From Takakia lepidozioides (taxonomy: Eukaryota; Plantae; Bryophyta), in assembly GCA_030704615.1 (NCBI GenBank), contig CM060731.1, positions 21,576,001 through 21,640,000 of the forward strand: a DNA stretch of 64,000 nucleotides, written 5' to 3'. Shown one piece after another: positions 63,562 through 64,000 of the stretch. Below the pieces are notes generated by a model, which worked only from the letters and a program-made list of their open reading frames with translations, made no database searches and was not told the origin of the DNA. A program made the translations under genes and the position numbers. Positions within the stretch are counted from its first letter, which is position 1. Each line of letters opens with the position of its first letter.

Positions 63562-64000
63562 ATGCAGATGAAGCCTAGTTCAGCAAGAAGCTCGCAGCGC
63601 GCCCAAAACCCGTTTTATTCCTCGGACGAGGAAGAACCTTCCACATCTGCCAAGGGCTCACGGAGCTCAAACCCCTTTGACGATCAGGTAGCCTCTCATA
63701 CCAAGCAGGGCAAAGGATCCAATCGAGAACAGTTCCACATGCCTAGATTCCACAGCGCGGGCACCGTTGAGTCCCGCAATCCATTTGATGATGAAGATGG
63801 GTTAGCTTCCTCCAAGCCGCCGAGGCGCAATAGTCTTGGTGTCTTCGATAGGAAATCGCTCTTTGAGGATGAGGATGACAGGAGGCCCAATTCAAAGGCA
63901 GGGACCAAAGCTAGTGGTCCTCGCCCTGTGAAAGACCGAGGGGGTTCGTCTTCTTCAGCCAATGCTCTTGTTTCCAGATCTCACGCCGATTCAAAGCAGC
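63562..64000 (+). CDS. 5' end of a probable SNAP25/SNAP33-like SNARE (runs off window)
   Basis: Open frame from ATG 63562/63568 to the window end with three NPF motifs (NPFYSSDEE, NPFDD, NPFDDED) and RKSLF, resembling plant SNAP33 N-termini. SNARE domains are not visible. Confidence 0.5.
   Translation, partial: MQMKPSSARSSQRAQNPFYSSDEEEPSTSAKGSRSSNPFDDQVASHTKQGKGSNREQFHMPRFHSAGTVESRNPFDDEDGLASSKPPRRNSLGVFDRKSLFEDEDDRRPNSKAGTKASGPRPVKDRGGSSSSANALVSRSHADSKQ

Overview
Eukaryotic, TE-dense window from what looks like a non-seed land plant (bryophyte- or lycophyte-like; inferred from GT-AG introns, SAUR genes, PLS-PPR debris and a chromodomain Ty3/gypsy). Host genes are two divergent SAURs (19.3-21.8 kb), an intact 7-exon NOG1 (54.3-58.4 kb), a small membrane protein (59.8-61.5 kb) and the start of a probable SNAP25/SNAP33-like gene at the right edge. 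The rest is nested TEs: LINE fragments, two CACTA pieces (one complete with TIRs and a 3-bp TSD), a hAT MITE with an 8-bp TSD, a MULE, and a chromovirus with two LTRs inserted in an L1-like element that ends in a restriction-like endonuclease. The most unusual structure is an ~11-kb unit (5.7-16.7 kb). It pairs a Sola1-like DDD transposase with a divergent multi-exon gene encoding Pol II CTD-like repeats, a ParB/Srx-like domain and a degenerate beta-class amino-methyltransferase-like fold. Nine copies of a 26-bp palindrome lie in its introns and flanks. The unrelated MULE (32-37 kb) also carries a divergent gene with a beta-class MTase-like fold. All domain calls are by eye from motifs; no searches were run.
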